Of a DNA stretch of 38,275 bases, positions 19,936-29,456 are shown in pieces. How positions within the stretch are numbered: the stretch's first letter is position 1; the number at the start of each line of letters is the position of its first letter. The notes under the pieces were generated by a model. It was not told where the DNA came from. It did no database searches and was given only the letters and a program-made list of their open reading frames with translations. A program made the translations under genes and the position numbers. Location: positions 1 to 38,275 of the forward strand of contig JAEOTZ010000029.1 of assembly GCA_016839585.1 (NCBI GenBank), given 5' to 3'. Source of the stretch: Promethearchaeota archaeon (GTDB lineage: Archaea; Asgardarchaeota; Lokiarchaeia; Sigyniarchaeales; SOKP01).

Positions 19936-20898
19936 ATGTTAAAAAATAGAAACGTTTTAATTACTGGTGGAGCAGGTTTTATTGGAACACACCTATTTGA
20001 AACATTAATAAAAGATGATAATTATATTGTGATAATTGATAACTTCAATGAGTGTTATTATTCAGGAAAAGAGGAAAATTTAGTAAATGTGACTCAAAAT
20101 CATGAAATTCTAAAAGATTATAATATAATTAAAGGTGATTTATTAAACAACTCAATTTATAGCAAAATAAAATGTGAAATTGATATTATATTTCATCTTG
20201 CTGCTCATGCTGGAGTAAGATATTCAATTCAAAATGCAGAAGAAGTAACAAGAAATAACATTATAAGTTTTGTCAACATTTTAGAATATGCTTTACATAA
20301 TAATGTAAAAAAAGTTGTTTATGCGTCTTCTTCTTCTGTATATGGAAATCCAATTTATACACCTGTAGATGAAGAACATCCAAAGAATCCAATATCTCCA
20401 TATGGTGTATCAAAATTATGTGGTGAAGTTTATGCTGATTACTATTTTAGAGAATATTCCTTGCCAATTACTTCATTGAGATTTTATACTGTTTATGGGC
20501 CAAGAGGTAGACCTGATATGGCTATTGGAAAATTTTTTAATCTAATTTTTCAAGATAAAGAAATAATAGTATATGGAGATGGAGAGCAGCTCCGAGACTT
20601 CACTTTTATTTCTGATATTGTGAATGGACTAATTTTATCAGGAGAAAAAAAGAAGTCTTCTGGTGAAGCATTTAATTTAGGTTGGTCTAATCCAATCACA
20701 GTTAATCATTTAGTTGATATGATGTTTAAAATTGCAAATAAAACTAAAAAAGTTAAATATATAGAAAGACAAAAGGGAGATGTAGATATTACCCATTCAG
20801 ATATTAAGAAAGCGAATGATATGCTAAATTATCAGCCAAGAGTGAATATTGAAGAGGGATTACAAAAAACATACAAGTGGCATAAAAATAATGTTTAA
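19936..20898 (+). CDS. NAD-dependent sugar-nucleotide epimerase, most like UDP-glucuronate 4-epimerase
   Basis: TGGAGFIG, HLAAHAGVRYS, ASSSSVYG, YGVSK (YxxxK), RFYTVYGPRGRPDMA. Confidence 0.88.
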   Translation: MLKNRNVLITGGAGFIGTHLFETLIKDDNYIVIIDNFNECYYSGKEENLVNVTQNHEILKDYNIIKGDLLNNSIYSKIKCEIDIIFHLAAHAGVRYSIQNAEEVTRNNIISFVNILEYALHNNVKKVVYASSSSVYGNPIYTPVDEEHPKNPISPYGVSKLCGEVYADYYFREYSLPITSLRFYTVYGPRGRPDMAIGKFFNLIFQDKEIIVYGDGEQLRDFTFISDIVNGLILSGEKKKSSGEAFNLGWSNPITVNHLVDMMFKIANKTKKVKYIERQKGDVDITHSDIKKANDMLNYQPRVNIEEGLQKTYKWHKNNV

Positions 20899-20954
20899 AA
20901 TTTGATTGTTATTTTATAGCTAAAGTTAAAAAATAAAGTAATTCTCAAGGAAGG

Positions 20955-22082
20955 ATGTTTTTAAAAAAAATAAAGGTCTGTCTTGTCTCGCATGGGTATC
21001 CAATTTATAATAAAAAATACAATGATTGTTATAAAATTGGAGGTGCTGAGGTACAACTATTTCTCCTTTCAAAAGAACTTGCTAAGAATGATAATTTTGA
21101 AGTAAATCTTATTATTGGAAATTATAAAGGAAAAACTTCAATTGAATTTTTCGGAAAAATTAAGATATTTGGTTTGCGCTCTCTTAGTAAAAAATTAATA
21201 AATCATTTCATAAGTATGATTAAATTGTTTTTCACATTAAAACAAATAAATCCAGATTTTGTAATTAAGAGAGCTGCTAGTATGGTTACTGGAGTCTGCG
21301 CACTATATTGTAGAATATTTAAAAAAAATTATATTTATTCCATTGCAAATGAAACCGATGTAAATGGAGAATCAGAGAAAAATATTTTTGGTAAAATCTA
21401 TAAATTTGGTTTAGATAATACTACTTATCTTGTAGCCCAAAATTTTAACCAAATTATTGAATTAGAAAAATTCAAGAAAAGAAAATTCTACAATATTAAA
21501 GTTATTAAAAGTGGTTATGAAATTAAAAAAGAAGAGCCTAAAACCCAAAAAAAAATTATATTATGGGTTGCAAGGGCTATTGAATGGAAGAGACCAGAAA
21601 TATTTTTCATGCTTGCGAAGCAATTTCCTAATGAAAAATTTATAATGATATGTAATGAGGTCAATTATAAGAAAAACTATTACAAAACAATTGTTAAAAA
21701 AGCGTCAAATTTAAAAAATTTAACATTTATTAAATTTGTTCCATTTCACGAGATTGATGATTATTTTAAACAAGCAAAAATTTTAATCAATACATCTATT
21801 TATGAAGGGTTTCCAAACACATTTATTCAAGCTTTTAGAAATGAAACTCCTGTTATAAGTCTAAATGTGAATCCTGATAACATATTTTCAAAAAACAAAA
21901 TAGGATATTTTTGTAATGATGATTTTGAAAAAATGAAAGCAAATTTAAGTCTATTATTAGAAAAACGTGATTTATATAAAACTTATTCTAAAAATGCATA
22001 TCACTTTTGTAGAGAAAATCATGATATAAAAAAAATTGGACATCAATGGATTCAATTGATTGATACTCTTTCTAAATCATAA
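20955..22082 (+). CDS. GT4 family glycosyltransferase (paralogue of 23350..24498)
   Basis: IGGAEVQ, WVARAIEWKRP, NTSIYEGFPNTFIQA. Confidence 0.92.
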   Translation: MFLKKIKVCLVSHGYPIYNKKYNDCYKIGGAEVQLFLLSKELAKNDNFEVNLIIGNYKGKTSIEFFGKIKIFGLRSLSKKLINHFISMIKLFFTLKQINPDFVIKRAASMVTGVCALYCRIFKKNYIYSIANETDVNGESEKNIFGKIYKFGLDNTTYLVAQNFNQIIELEKFKKRKFYNIKVIKSGYEIKKEEPKTQKKIILWVARAIEWKRPEIFFMLAKQFPNEKFIMICNEVNYKKNYYKTIVKKASNLKNLTFIKFVPFHEIDDYFKQAKILINTSIYEGFPNTFIQAFRNETPVISLNVNPDNIFSKNKIGYFCNDDFEKMKANLSLLLEKRDLYKTYSKNAYHFCRENHDIKKIGHQWIQLIDTLSKS

Positions 22083-22186
22083 ACTGTTACACACTTGAAT
22101 GTACTATTTTTATATATAGTGTGCTATTAAGTTGTAATATTACTTGAAATCCCTTATAAAGAGTGAAACAAAAATTTTTTAATTTA

Positions 22187-22242
22187 ATTTATAATTTTTC
22201 TAATATTTCTAATTATTAATAAGTTATTACTCAAAATTGAAT
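22187..22242 (+). repeat. 56-bp intergenic direct repeat, copy 1
   Basis: atttataatttttctaatatttctaattattaataagttattactcaaaattgaat; 53/56 identical to 29457..29512. Confidence 0.85.
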
Positions 22243-22252
22243 TCTTTTAAAA

Positions 22253-23335
22253 ATGAAAATCTGTTTTCTCATTACCGGTTTAGGAATAGGGGGTGCTGAA
22301 AAACATTTATTTAATCTTGTTCCAAGACTAAAATTCAATGTATTTATTATTAGCCTGTCTAATAATAATGATTTTGGAGTAAAAATAGAGCAAAAAGGAA
22401 TAAAAGTTTATTATTTAGGATTAAATAAAATTAATTTACCTTTAGTAATATGGCGATTTAAAAAGATAATAAAGAAAGAGAGACCTGATATAATAGATAC
22501 ATATCTTATACACTCTAATATTTTTGGCAGAATCTTTGGAAAAATTTTTGGGATTAAAAAAATAATTTCTTCAGTAAGAAATGATTATACAAGTTTGAAA
22601 TTGTTATCGTTTATTGATAGAATTACTCAATGTTTTGTTAGTTTATATATCTTAAATTCAAAAGCATTGCTTTTCTATGCTAATAAAAAATGTAAAGTTC
22701 CTAAGGAAGAACTTGAAATTATTACTAATGGGATTGATTTAGAATCTCTTTACAATCAAGTTGATAAAAAATATAATATACGAAATAAATTAAATTTAAA
22801 AAACGAGGATTTTATTGCTGTTACTATAGCTCGATTATTAAAACAAAAAGATATTTCTACGCTAATTCAAGCAATCAAATATATTAACAAAAATATCCAT
22901 TTAATTATCGTTGGTGATGGCCCAGAAAAAAAAAATCTTATTAACCTTTCAAGAAAGTTAAACCTTTCAGATAGGATATTTTTTCTGGGAACTAGATATG
23001 ACGTTCCTAATATTTTATATAGCTCTAATGTCTTTATATTACCTAGTATAAGAGAAGGTATGAGTAATGCGTTATTAGAGGCAATGGCATTAAAAAAATG
23101 CTGTATTGTTAGCGATATTGCTCCTAATATAGAGTTGATACAGGATGGTTTTAATGGAATGGTTTTTAAAACGAGTAATAAAAGACATCTTGCAGAGGTT
23201 ATTGAAAAAGTATATAATACTCCCAATTTAAAAATTATTGAACAAGAGGCTTACAATACTATAAACAAGAAATATCGAATTAATAATACGATAAAAAAAT
23301 ATGAAAGAATAATAGAAAAATTGTATAATAAATAG
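22253..23335 (+). CDS. GT4 family glycosyltransferase
   Basis: LGIGGAEK, ARLLKQKD, VGDGPE, LPSIREGMSNALLEAMA. Confidence 0.93.
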   Translation: MKICFLITGLGIGGAEKHLFNLVPRLKFNVFIISLSNNNDFGVKIEQKGIKVYYLGLNKINLPLVIWRFKKIIKKERPDIIDTYLIHSNIFGRIFGKIFGIKKIISSVRNDYTSLKLLSFIDRITQCFVSLYILNSKALLFYANKKCKVPKEELEIITNGIDLESLYNQVDKKYNIRNKLNLKNEDFIAVTIARLLKQKDISTLIQAIKYINKNIHLIIVGDGPEKKNLINLSRKLNLSDRIFFLGTRYDVPNILYSSNVFILPSIREGMSNALLEAMALKKCCIVSDIAPNIELIQDGFNGMVFKTSNKRHLAEVIEKVYNTPNLKIIEQEAYNTINKKYRINNTIKKYERIIEKLYNK

Positions 23336-23349
23336 AGAACTTAGAAACT

Positions 23350-24498
23350 ATGTGTTATAAAAATACAAAAATAATAAAAGTTTGTATTGTTTCACATTGG
23401 GGATATCCCCTATATAATAAAAAATGTAAAGATACTTTTGGTGGTGGTTCAGCAGTTCAATTATATCTCTTATCAAAAGCATTTGCCAATAATAAAAATT
23501 TTAATATTCATATTATGACTGGCAATCATGATATGACTAAAAATAGAATTGAATTTATAGAAAATATCTTGCTCTATAGTATCCTACCCATTAAAAGAAC
23601 ATTTCTAAATTATTTCCGTTATATTCTTAATATTTTTAAATATTTAATCTTAATTAATCCTGATGTTGTTATTCAAAGAGGTTCCGGTGTTAAAACAGGG
23701 CTTATAGCGCTTTATTGTAAGTTATTTAAAAAGAAATTTATCTACTCAGTTGCGAGTGCAAAAGACGTAAATGGTGTCTCTGAGAGGGGGCTTAAGGGTA
23801 AATTTTTCAAATTTGGTATTGATAATGCAGATTTTATAGTGGCTCAAAATGATGACCATATTAATGAATTAGAAACATATAAACAAAAAAAATTTAAAAA
23901 CCTTAAGGTCATAAGAAGTGGATATGAAATTAATGAAATTGACATTAAATTTAACGAAAGTATCTTATGGGTTGGAAGAGCAATTAAATTAAAAAGACCT
24001 GATCTATTTTTAAAACTTGCTCAAAAATTTCCTAATGAAAAATTTATTATCATTTGTTATAAGAGGAAAAAGGATATAGATTATTGGAAGTCTATTTATA
24101 ATGAAGCCAAAAAAATTTTTAATTTAGAATTTATAGAATTTGTTCCCTTTCATAAAATTGCTAACTATTTTAAAGAAGCTAAAATATTTATCAACACATC
24201 GACATATGAAGGATTTCCCAACACATTTATTCAAGCTTTTATGAATAAAATACCTGTTATTAGTTTAAATGTGGATCCTGATGATATTATAACAGAAAAT
24301 AAGACTGGGTTTTTTTGTAATGACGATTTTAATAAAATGGAGGAAAATTTGAAATTAATACTTGAAAATAAGGAATTATATAAACAGTATTCAAATAATT
24401 CTTACAATTATGCAAAAAAAAATCATGATATTAAAAAGATAAGTGATGAATGGTTTTTATTAATTCGAGAACAACAAAAAAAAAAAAAGAATTATTAG
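23350..24498 (+). CDS. GT4 family glycosyltransferase (paralogue of 20955..22082)
   Basis: GGGSAVQ, WVGRAIKLKRP, NTSTYEGFPNTFIQA. Confidence 0.92.
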   Translation: MCYKNTKIIKVCIVSHWGYPLYNKKCKDTFGGGSAVQLYLLSKAFANNKNFNIHIMTGNHDMTKNRIEFIENILLYSILPIKRTFLNYFRYILNIFKYLILINPDVVIQRGSGVKTGLIALYCKLFKKKFIYSVASAKDVNGVSERGLKGKFFKFGIDNADFIVAQNDDHINELETYKQKKFKNLKVIRSGYEINEIDIKFNESILWVGRAIKLKRPDLFLKLAQKFPNEKFIIICYKRKKDIDYWKSIYNEAKKIFNLEFIEFVPFHKIANYFKEAKIFINTSTYEGFPNTFIQAFMNKIPVISLNVDPDDIITENKTGFFCNDDFNKMEENLKLILENKELYKQYSNNSYNYAKKNHDIKKISDEWFLLIREQQKKKKNY

Positions 24499-24514
24499 TA
24501 TGGGATCCTATAAA

Positions 24515-24619
24515 ATGTGTGGAATTTGTGGATTCAATTTCGAAGATTAGCAATTGCTAATCAAAATGTGTGATCTTCTCGAACATAGAGGTTCTGATCA
24601 TGCGGGTTATTATGTTGAT
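24515..24619 (+). pseudogene. asnB: N-terminal remnant of an AsnB-family glutamine amidotransferase (asparagine synthase-like)
   Basis: Translates MCGICGFNFED*QLLIKMCDLLEHRGSDHAGYYVD: Ntn-amidotransferase MCGI start and HRG(P>S)D motif. In-frame TAG at 24548-24550; similarity ends at about 24620. Not in the ORF track. Confidence 0.8.
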
Positions 24620-24648
24620 TACTGGAACAGACATGCGGAATTATCAAT

Positions 24649-24846
24649 ATGATTAATTATCTTGAAAACTGCTTGTTGCCGGATCTCTTGATTGTGGGGG
24701 CTATGAAAACCCGAACTATCTCGATGGTTTGCTATCTGAACGAGCCAATAACACGCAAGGTACCTGAAAAACATTGGCGAAGGAAAAGAGCGTCGGAGAA
24801 CTTTTTAAACCATTTCACGAGGAATTATTTTTGCTGGCTGGACTAA
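24649..24846 (+). pseudogene. Degenerate N-terminal fragment of a PAPS-dependent sulfotransferase
   Basis: LPDLLIVGAMKTRTISMVCYLNEP resembles the 5'-PSB motif LP(D/N)FxIIGAxKxGTTSLxxYLxxHP; NHFTRNY..LD resembles the following 'HFF..Y..GLDWY'. Stops after 65 aa. Confidence 0.6.
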
Positions 24847-24950
24847 ATTATAAGTATAGCATAGTAGGTGAAATATCGTTTTGGAAATAGATAATTTTAT
24901 AACGAATGAATGCACATCCTCATTAGATAGGAAAAACTGAGCGTGAACAT

Positions 24951-25712
24951 ATGATAAAACGTGTCGCCTTTAAGGCAAAACGAATCAGGTCTAAGTTAAG
25001 ACGTATCCCACGAAAGATAAAACGTGTACCACGCAATATCCTTTGGCAACTCTTCCCCACCAAAACGAAGGAATGGTACGCACTGGGCACCTGGAAGCGG
25101 AAGAAAGCAGTAGAAGGACGACTGAAAAATAGCCATTTCAAGGAATTCTATACAAAACACTTTGAAATCGAGGATAGCTTCTATTCAGGCAAAAGGATAC
25201 TGGATATCGGTTGCGGTCCGCGCGGGAGTCTCGAGTGGGCAGACATGGCCTTGGAGCGGATAGGGTTGGATCCTCTGGCGAAACAATATCTTAAACTTGG
25301 CGCCGATGAGCATAAAACAAAATATGTAGCGGCCTATTCCGAGTCGATTCCCTTTGATGACGATTACTTTGATGTAATATCCTCCTTCAATTCATTAGAT
25401 CATGTTGCAGATGTTCAAATCACGATATCAGAGATCAAGCGCGTACTTAAGCCGGGAGGGGAGTTCTTGTTATTAACGGAGTTAAACCACAAGCCCAAAA
25501 TTAGAGAACCCCAGGTTTTTTCATGGGATATCGTCCATGCTTTTCTACCTGAATTCGAGATCCTGAACGAAAAACATTATGAAATGAAAGTAAAAGGTAT
25601 GTATGAGAGTATCCGCTATGGCATACCCTTCAATCATTCGGATCGCTCTAAACGTACTGGCATTCTTTCGGCAAAATTCCGCAAATTTGGGTATTTAACC
25701 TTTGGCAAATAA
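24951..25712 (+). CDS. Class I SAM-dependent methyltransferase
   Basis: ILDIGCGP (motif I), GLDP, ESIPFDDDYFDVI, NSLDHV, EIKRVLKPGG. Confidence 0.92.
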   Translation: MIKRVAFKAKRIRSKLRRIPRKIKRVPRNILWQLFPTKTKEWYALGTWKRKKAVEGRLKNSHFKEFYTKHFEIEDSFYSGKRILDIGCGPRGSLEWADMALERIGLDPLAKQYLKLGADEHKTKYVAAYSESIPFDDDYFDVISSFNSLDHVADVQITISEIKRVLKPGGEFLLLTELNHKPKIREPQVFSWDIVHAFLPEFEILNEKHYEMKVKGMYESIRYGIPFNHSDRSKRTGILSAKFRKFGYLTFGK

Positions 25713-26029
25713 AATAATAGAAAAACTGCTCGCGAAATGGGATGCCTTGATTTTGGCAGTTTTTGTGGAGAATGCATGTAACGACAGTGCCGCAACAAAA
25801 ATTGGAGGTACATTACCTTAACAGAATGATTGAGGTTTTTCCTCTTAAACCAAATGTTTCTAAACCGTTTTGATTTGCAGGAATGTTATTTTAAAAGCAA
25901 GAAAACATAACATGAACAAATCAGCTATCCTGCTACTGTCAATTCCAAAGCTGGAGACAGTGGTTGAAATATTATCTAAATCGGTAATCGTTTCTACGGG
26001 AAGGCATTCGAAGAGAAGGATAGAGAAAT

Positions 26030-26107
26030 ATGAAATACGAAATAGTCAGATATTGCCCAGAGTTTAAGAGTCACATAGTGGAACTACTATATTATATGAT
26101 TCAATAA
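26030..26107 (+). pseudogene. Short N-terminal gene fragment, possibly GNAT acetyltransferase-like
   Basis: ATG preceded by purine-rich AGGATAGAGAAAT; MKYEIVRYCPEFKSHIVELL has the beta1-alpha1 pattern of GNAT N-termini; it runs into the AT-rich GT-C remnant and stops. Confidence 0.35.
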
Positions 26108-27095
26108 TTTTTGCGGGGATAATATATTTGTTTATTCTATTTTATTTATTTATTTATAAAAAAAAATAAACTTAAAGACGATAATAATATCCATTTCTTC
26201 GATTATAATTGGAATGGGCACATTAATCTTTGGGTTTTATTTAATGGGTGGTTCTTTTATCCCTATAAGTGCAAAAGTTAAAACCTCATTAAACCAAAAT
26301 CCTACATTTCCTCAATATTTATTTAATATTATGTTCATTAATACTATATTGAAATTTCCATTCAGTGAAATTTTCTCAGCAATTCTTATAATATTTCTGA
26401 TCTCACTTAATTTGAAATTCCTCTCTGTTTTTTTAAAGGAAAAAGAAAAAAAAATTTCATTGAAAAGTTTGATAATGATATTATCATTATCTAATTTTAT
26501 ATATAGTTTGATTGTAGGATATGTATTTTATTGGTACTATATTTGGTACTTATCTTTAACTTTCATTCTCTGGGCAATTGTAATCACTTATATAATTACT
26601 GTTATAATAACCAAATTTCAAGAGAAAATTCATATCTCTAATAGAAATTTCAATTATAAAAAAAAAATTTCTTATGTATTTATGATATTTATTTCAACAT
26701 CCATTCTGGGCTTTATAGTATTAAATGAAATCGATTATTATTTTAATTATCGTTATTCCATGCGTTATAATGCAGCAATTTGGTTAAAGTCTAATACAAA
26801 TGAGGAGGATATTATTGGATCTTGGAATGCAGGTCAGATTGGGTTTTTTCCAGATAGAAGAGTCATCAATCTCGATGGATTAATAAATAATTATGATTAT
26901 TATGAAAGAATATTATTGAATGATAATAAATTCAATTCAAGTGAATTTGTGGAATATCTTAACGAAAACAATGTATCATATATTGTTGACTATAAGTTTT
27001 ACGGATTTAAACCATGGTATGCAAATTTTACATTAATCAAGGAATTTACATCTCAACGATACGATACGATACAGGTTTGGGCTAAGATTCCTTAA
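26092..27095 (+). pseudogene. 5'-truncated, frameshifted GT-C-like membrane protein
   Basis: The frame of ORF 26214 extends upstream (KINLKTIIISISSIIIG) to an A9 run at 26158-26166. The adjacent frame reads LYDSIIFAGIIYLFILFYLFIYKKK, and adding one A joins them. C-terminal AIWLKSNT..IGSWNAGQIGFF..VINLDGLIN is typical of GT-C soluble domains. Confidence 0.65.
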
Positions 27096-27306
27096 TTTTC
27101 ATTATGATTTCCATTAATAGCTCCTTCAGGGGATTAAAATCCGGAAAAATCTTATTTTAAAAAGTATATTATTTAAAAAAAAGCCCGTAGCACTAGAGCA
27201 CAAAAATCATTTGATCATTTTATAGAAAAAATCCTTTTAATTTTTATTGAATAGAATCCTATATAGTACTAAAGCTAATATTCATAATAATCGTTAATTA
27301 ACTATT

Positions 27307-28218
27307 ATGGAAAATCCTTTAGTAAGTGTAATAATACCTACATTCAACCGGGCCTATTTACTAAAAAAAGCAATTTACTCCGTATTAAATCAAACCTATA
27401 AAAATTTTGAGATTATTATTGTTGATGATGGGTCCACGGATAACACAGAAGAATTAATAAGGGGTTTTGAAAATGAAAAAATAAGATATTTTAAATTAGA
27501 ACATACTGGATTACCTGCAGTAGTTAGAAATAAAGGATTTGAGGAGTGTCACGGGGAACTCATTGCTTTTTTAGATTCAGATGATTTTTGGATACCTAAT
27601 AAATTAGAACTGCAAATCAGAGCATTTAAAAATCATGAAAACATATTATTAGTCGCTTCAAGAAGAATTATACTACCTGATAAAATAACATATCATCTTA
27701 ATTATCAAAAAAGGGGTGTTGTTTCTTTTAGAGAATTGATTAGGCGAAACGTTATACCCACCTCAAGCGTCATTATTAGAAGAGAAGTTATCGAAAAAGT
27801 AGGAAAATTCGATGAAGATTATAGGCTTAGATCTGGTCAAGATTTTTCTTACTGGTTAGATATTTTATCATATCGAGATAAATCAATTCTAATTTTAAAA
27901 GCACCTTTAATAATTTTTAGAGTTCATGATAAAACTCTTACATTTGAAAGAAGGCAAGAATCAGATTTTTTCAAGGATAGTTTCTATAAACGTAAATATT
28001 TAATATTAAAATACGAAGATGTTGATAGGAATTATGTTAATTCTATTTTGAGAAAATGGGTCAAAAAGATTTTACTTGATCATAGAAAAAAATTACTACA
28101 TGAAGGAAGTCTTAATTTTAGGAAAATATTAAGAGATAATTTATTAACTCCCTATGAAAAGATTAAAATCATCATAGTCGTTTTGCTAAAGAAAATCCAA
28201 ATGAAATTTTTCAAATAG
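27307..28218 (+). CDS. GT2 family glycosyltransferase
   Basis: PLVSVIIPTFNR, IVDDGSTD, RNKG, AFLDSDDFWIPNKLE, GQD. Confidence 0.93.
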   Translation: MENPLVSVIIPTFNRAYLLKKAIYSVLNQTYKNFEIIIVDDGSTDNTEELIRGFENEKIRYFKLEHTGLPAVVRNKGFEECHGELIAFLDSDDFWIPNKLELQIRAFKNHENILLVASRRIILPDKITYHLNYQKRGVVSFRELIRRNVIPTSSVIIRREVIEKVGKFDEDYRLRSGQDFSYWLDILSYRDKSILILKAPLIIFRVHDKTLTFERRQESDFFKDSFYKRKYLILKYEDVDRNYVNSILRKWVKKILLDHRKKLLHEGSLNFRKILRDNLLTPYEKIKIIIVVLLKKIQMKFFK

Positions 28219-28263
28219 AATTTCATATGTAAGAAGTATGAATCTTCTGGATGATACTTATTA

Positions 28264-29409
28264 TTACTTAAAAGTTAGAAAATCGTAAAAACGTTCACAA
28301 AAAGCTTTCTTTCCTTCCTTTGTCCATAATCTTTTATATGTATCTTGTCCATTTTTAGCTAATTCATAAAGAAGTGTTTTATCTGCCAAGATTTCATTAA
28401 ACTCATCGTCCCAATTCTCAATTTTCCAAGATATTGGTATATATGTTGCTTGTTTTTTATATAAATTTGGCCAAGTTTCTACATGATCCATATCAGGCTT
28501 TATCAATGCCGCACCTGCTATAAAAGCTTCAAAATCTCGAAAACAGATTTCTCCCCATCCAAAAGGACTACAAATTGACTTAGATTTTCTTAAATTTATT
28601 AAATAATCCTTTTTAGGCAATTTTCCTATAGATATCTTCTGGTTAGACTTATACTTTTCTTTTAAAAACTTCAAGAGAGCATGTCGCTGAAAATAATATT
28701 TTGGTTTAGTAATTTTATAAGAGAAATTTGCAGATAAAAGTATTTTTCGGTTTATACTTGGCTTACAAAAATTCATTTCATTTTTTCTTGTAAAACCATA
28801 TAAAAATCTATCAAGAATATTAGTAAAACGATAATCTGTTAATGCAAGGTTCCATGATAGGCTGACTTTATGATTATATTTTGGATCAAGAGGAGTATAA
28901 TTTAAAAATTCATTTTTTTTATTGTATAATTTGTCTAAATTATATTCTTTATTATAAAAGTTAATATAGATTCTGCTTTCTTTTTTAAAAGAATTTTTTG
29001 TATAGAAAGTACGGTCTTTAAGAATAGACCTTTTTAAATATCGATCAACATAAGGTAATACTTCAAATCGAGTGGTTCCTGTACTGGCAGTGTTATCAAA
29101 CCATATTAAATAATCAGTTTTTTTCTTTAACACTTTAAGAGTTGATAATAATTCTTCCTTATTTCTTAATGGTACCATTGTACCAAGGAATTTACAATCA
29201 ATTCCTACTATTTTTGAAAAATTTGTTTTTTTTCTAAAAATTCTACCAAAATCATGTAAAAATCGGACATTGATGCCCATATTTTTAAGTTCCTTTTTAT
29301 AATACCATACGGGAAACCAGTAGGAATTCCACTTATAGGTAGGGAAAGAATAGTTTTGGTATTTTCGAAAAGGGGTGAGTGTAGGGATAAATATATCCAC
29401 ATTAAGCAT
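28264..29409 (-). CDS. Putative GT-B-fold glycosyltransferase (atypical family)
   Basis: C-terminal YLINLRKSKSICSPFGWGEICFRDFEAFIAGAALIKP resembles GT-B nucleotide-binding domains (Glyco_trans_1_2/exostosin-like); glycan-locus context. Confidence 0.55.
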   Translation of the reverse strand: MLNVDIFIPTLTPFRKYQNYSFPTYKWNSYWFPVWYYKKELKNMGINVRFLHDFGRIFRKKTNFSKIVGIDCKFLGTMVPLRNKEELLSTLKVLKKKTDYLIWFDNTASTGTTRFEVLPYVDRYLKRSILKDRTFYTKNSFKKESRIYINFYNKEYNLDKLYNKKNEFLNYTPLDPKYNHKVSLSWNLALTDYRFTNILDRFLYGFTRKNEMNFCKPSINRKILLSANFSYKITKPKYYFQRHALLKFLKEKYKSNQKISIGKLPKKDYLINLRKSKSICSPFGWGEICFRDFEAFIAGAALIKPDMDHVETWPNLYKKQATYIPISWKIENWDDEFNEILADKTLLYELAKNGQDTYKRLWTKEGKKAFCERFYDFLTFK

Positions 29410-29456
29410 TTAGAAAATCCCCTGTTTAAATATTGAAATTAGAAATCCTTTGTTTT

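Larger units (their letters stand above)
24620..26090. other. GC-richer, compositionally foreign segment
   Basis: Two sampled 60-nt lines gave 29/60 and 23/60 G+C, against a visibly much lower background. CG dinucleotides are frequent. Both edges coincide with truncated genes. Boundaries are approximate. Confidence 0.7.

Noticed and set aside
24476-24488. A13 run (and other A/T homopolymers) as phase-variation switches
   Set aside because: This run lies in the last few codons of the gene, and such runs are expected at this AT content.
24548-24550. In-frame TAG in asnB as pyrrolysine or stop-codon reassignment
   Set aside because: TAG ends several intact genes here (9402, 17462, 23335, 24498, 28218), and the asnB frame is truncated shortly afterwards anyway.
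5168-24619. Lasso-peptide cluster (HprK-like kinase plus AsnB-like cyclase)
   Set aside because: The genes are ~18 kb apart, the AsnB stub has the glutaminase MCG start typical of true amidotransferases, and no precursor, PqqD/RRE or B-protease is visible.
25870-26067. 65-aa ORF in the GC-rich patch
   Set aside because: TTG start, no motif, and it overlaps the better-looking gene start at 26030.
24620-26090. IS element or transposon
   Set aside because: No transposase or integrase ORF, terminal inverted repeats or target-site duplication was found.
26214-27095. AglB/STT3 oligosaccharyltransferase
   Set aside because: The motif is SWNAG rather than WWDxG; 7330 and 15519 also lack WWDxG.
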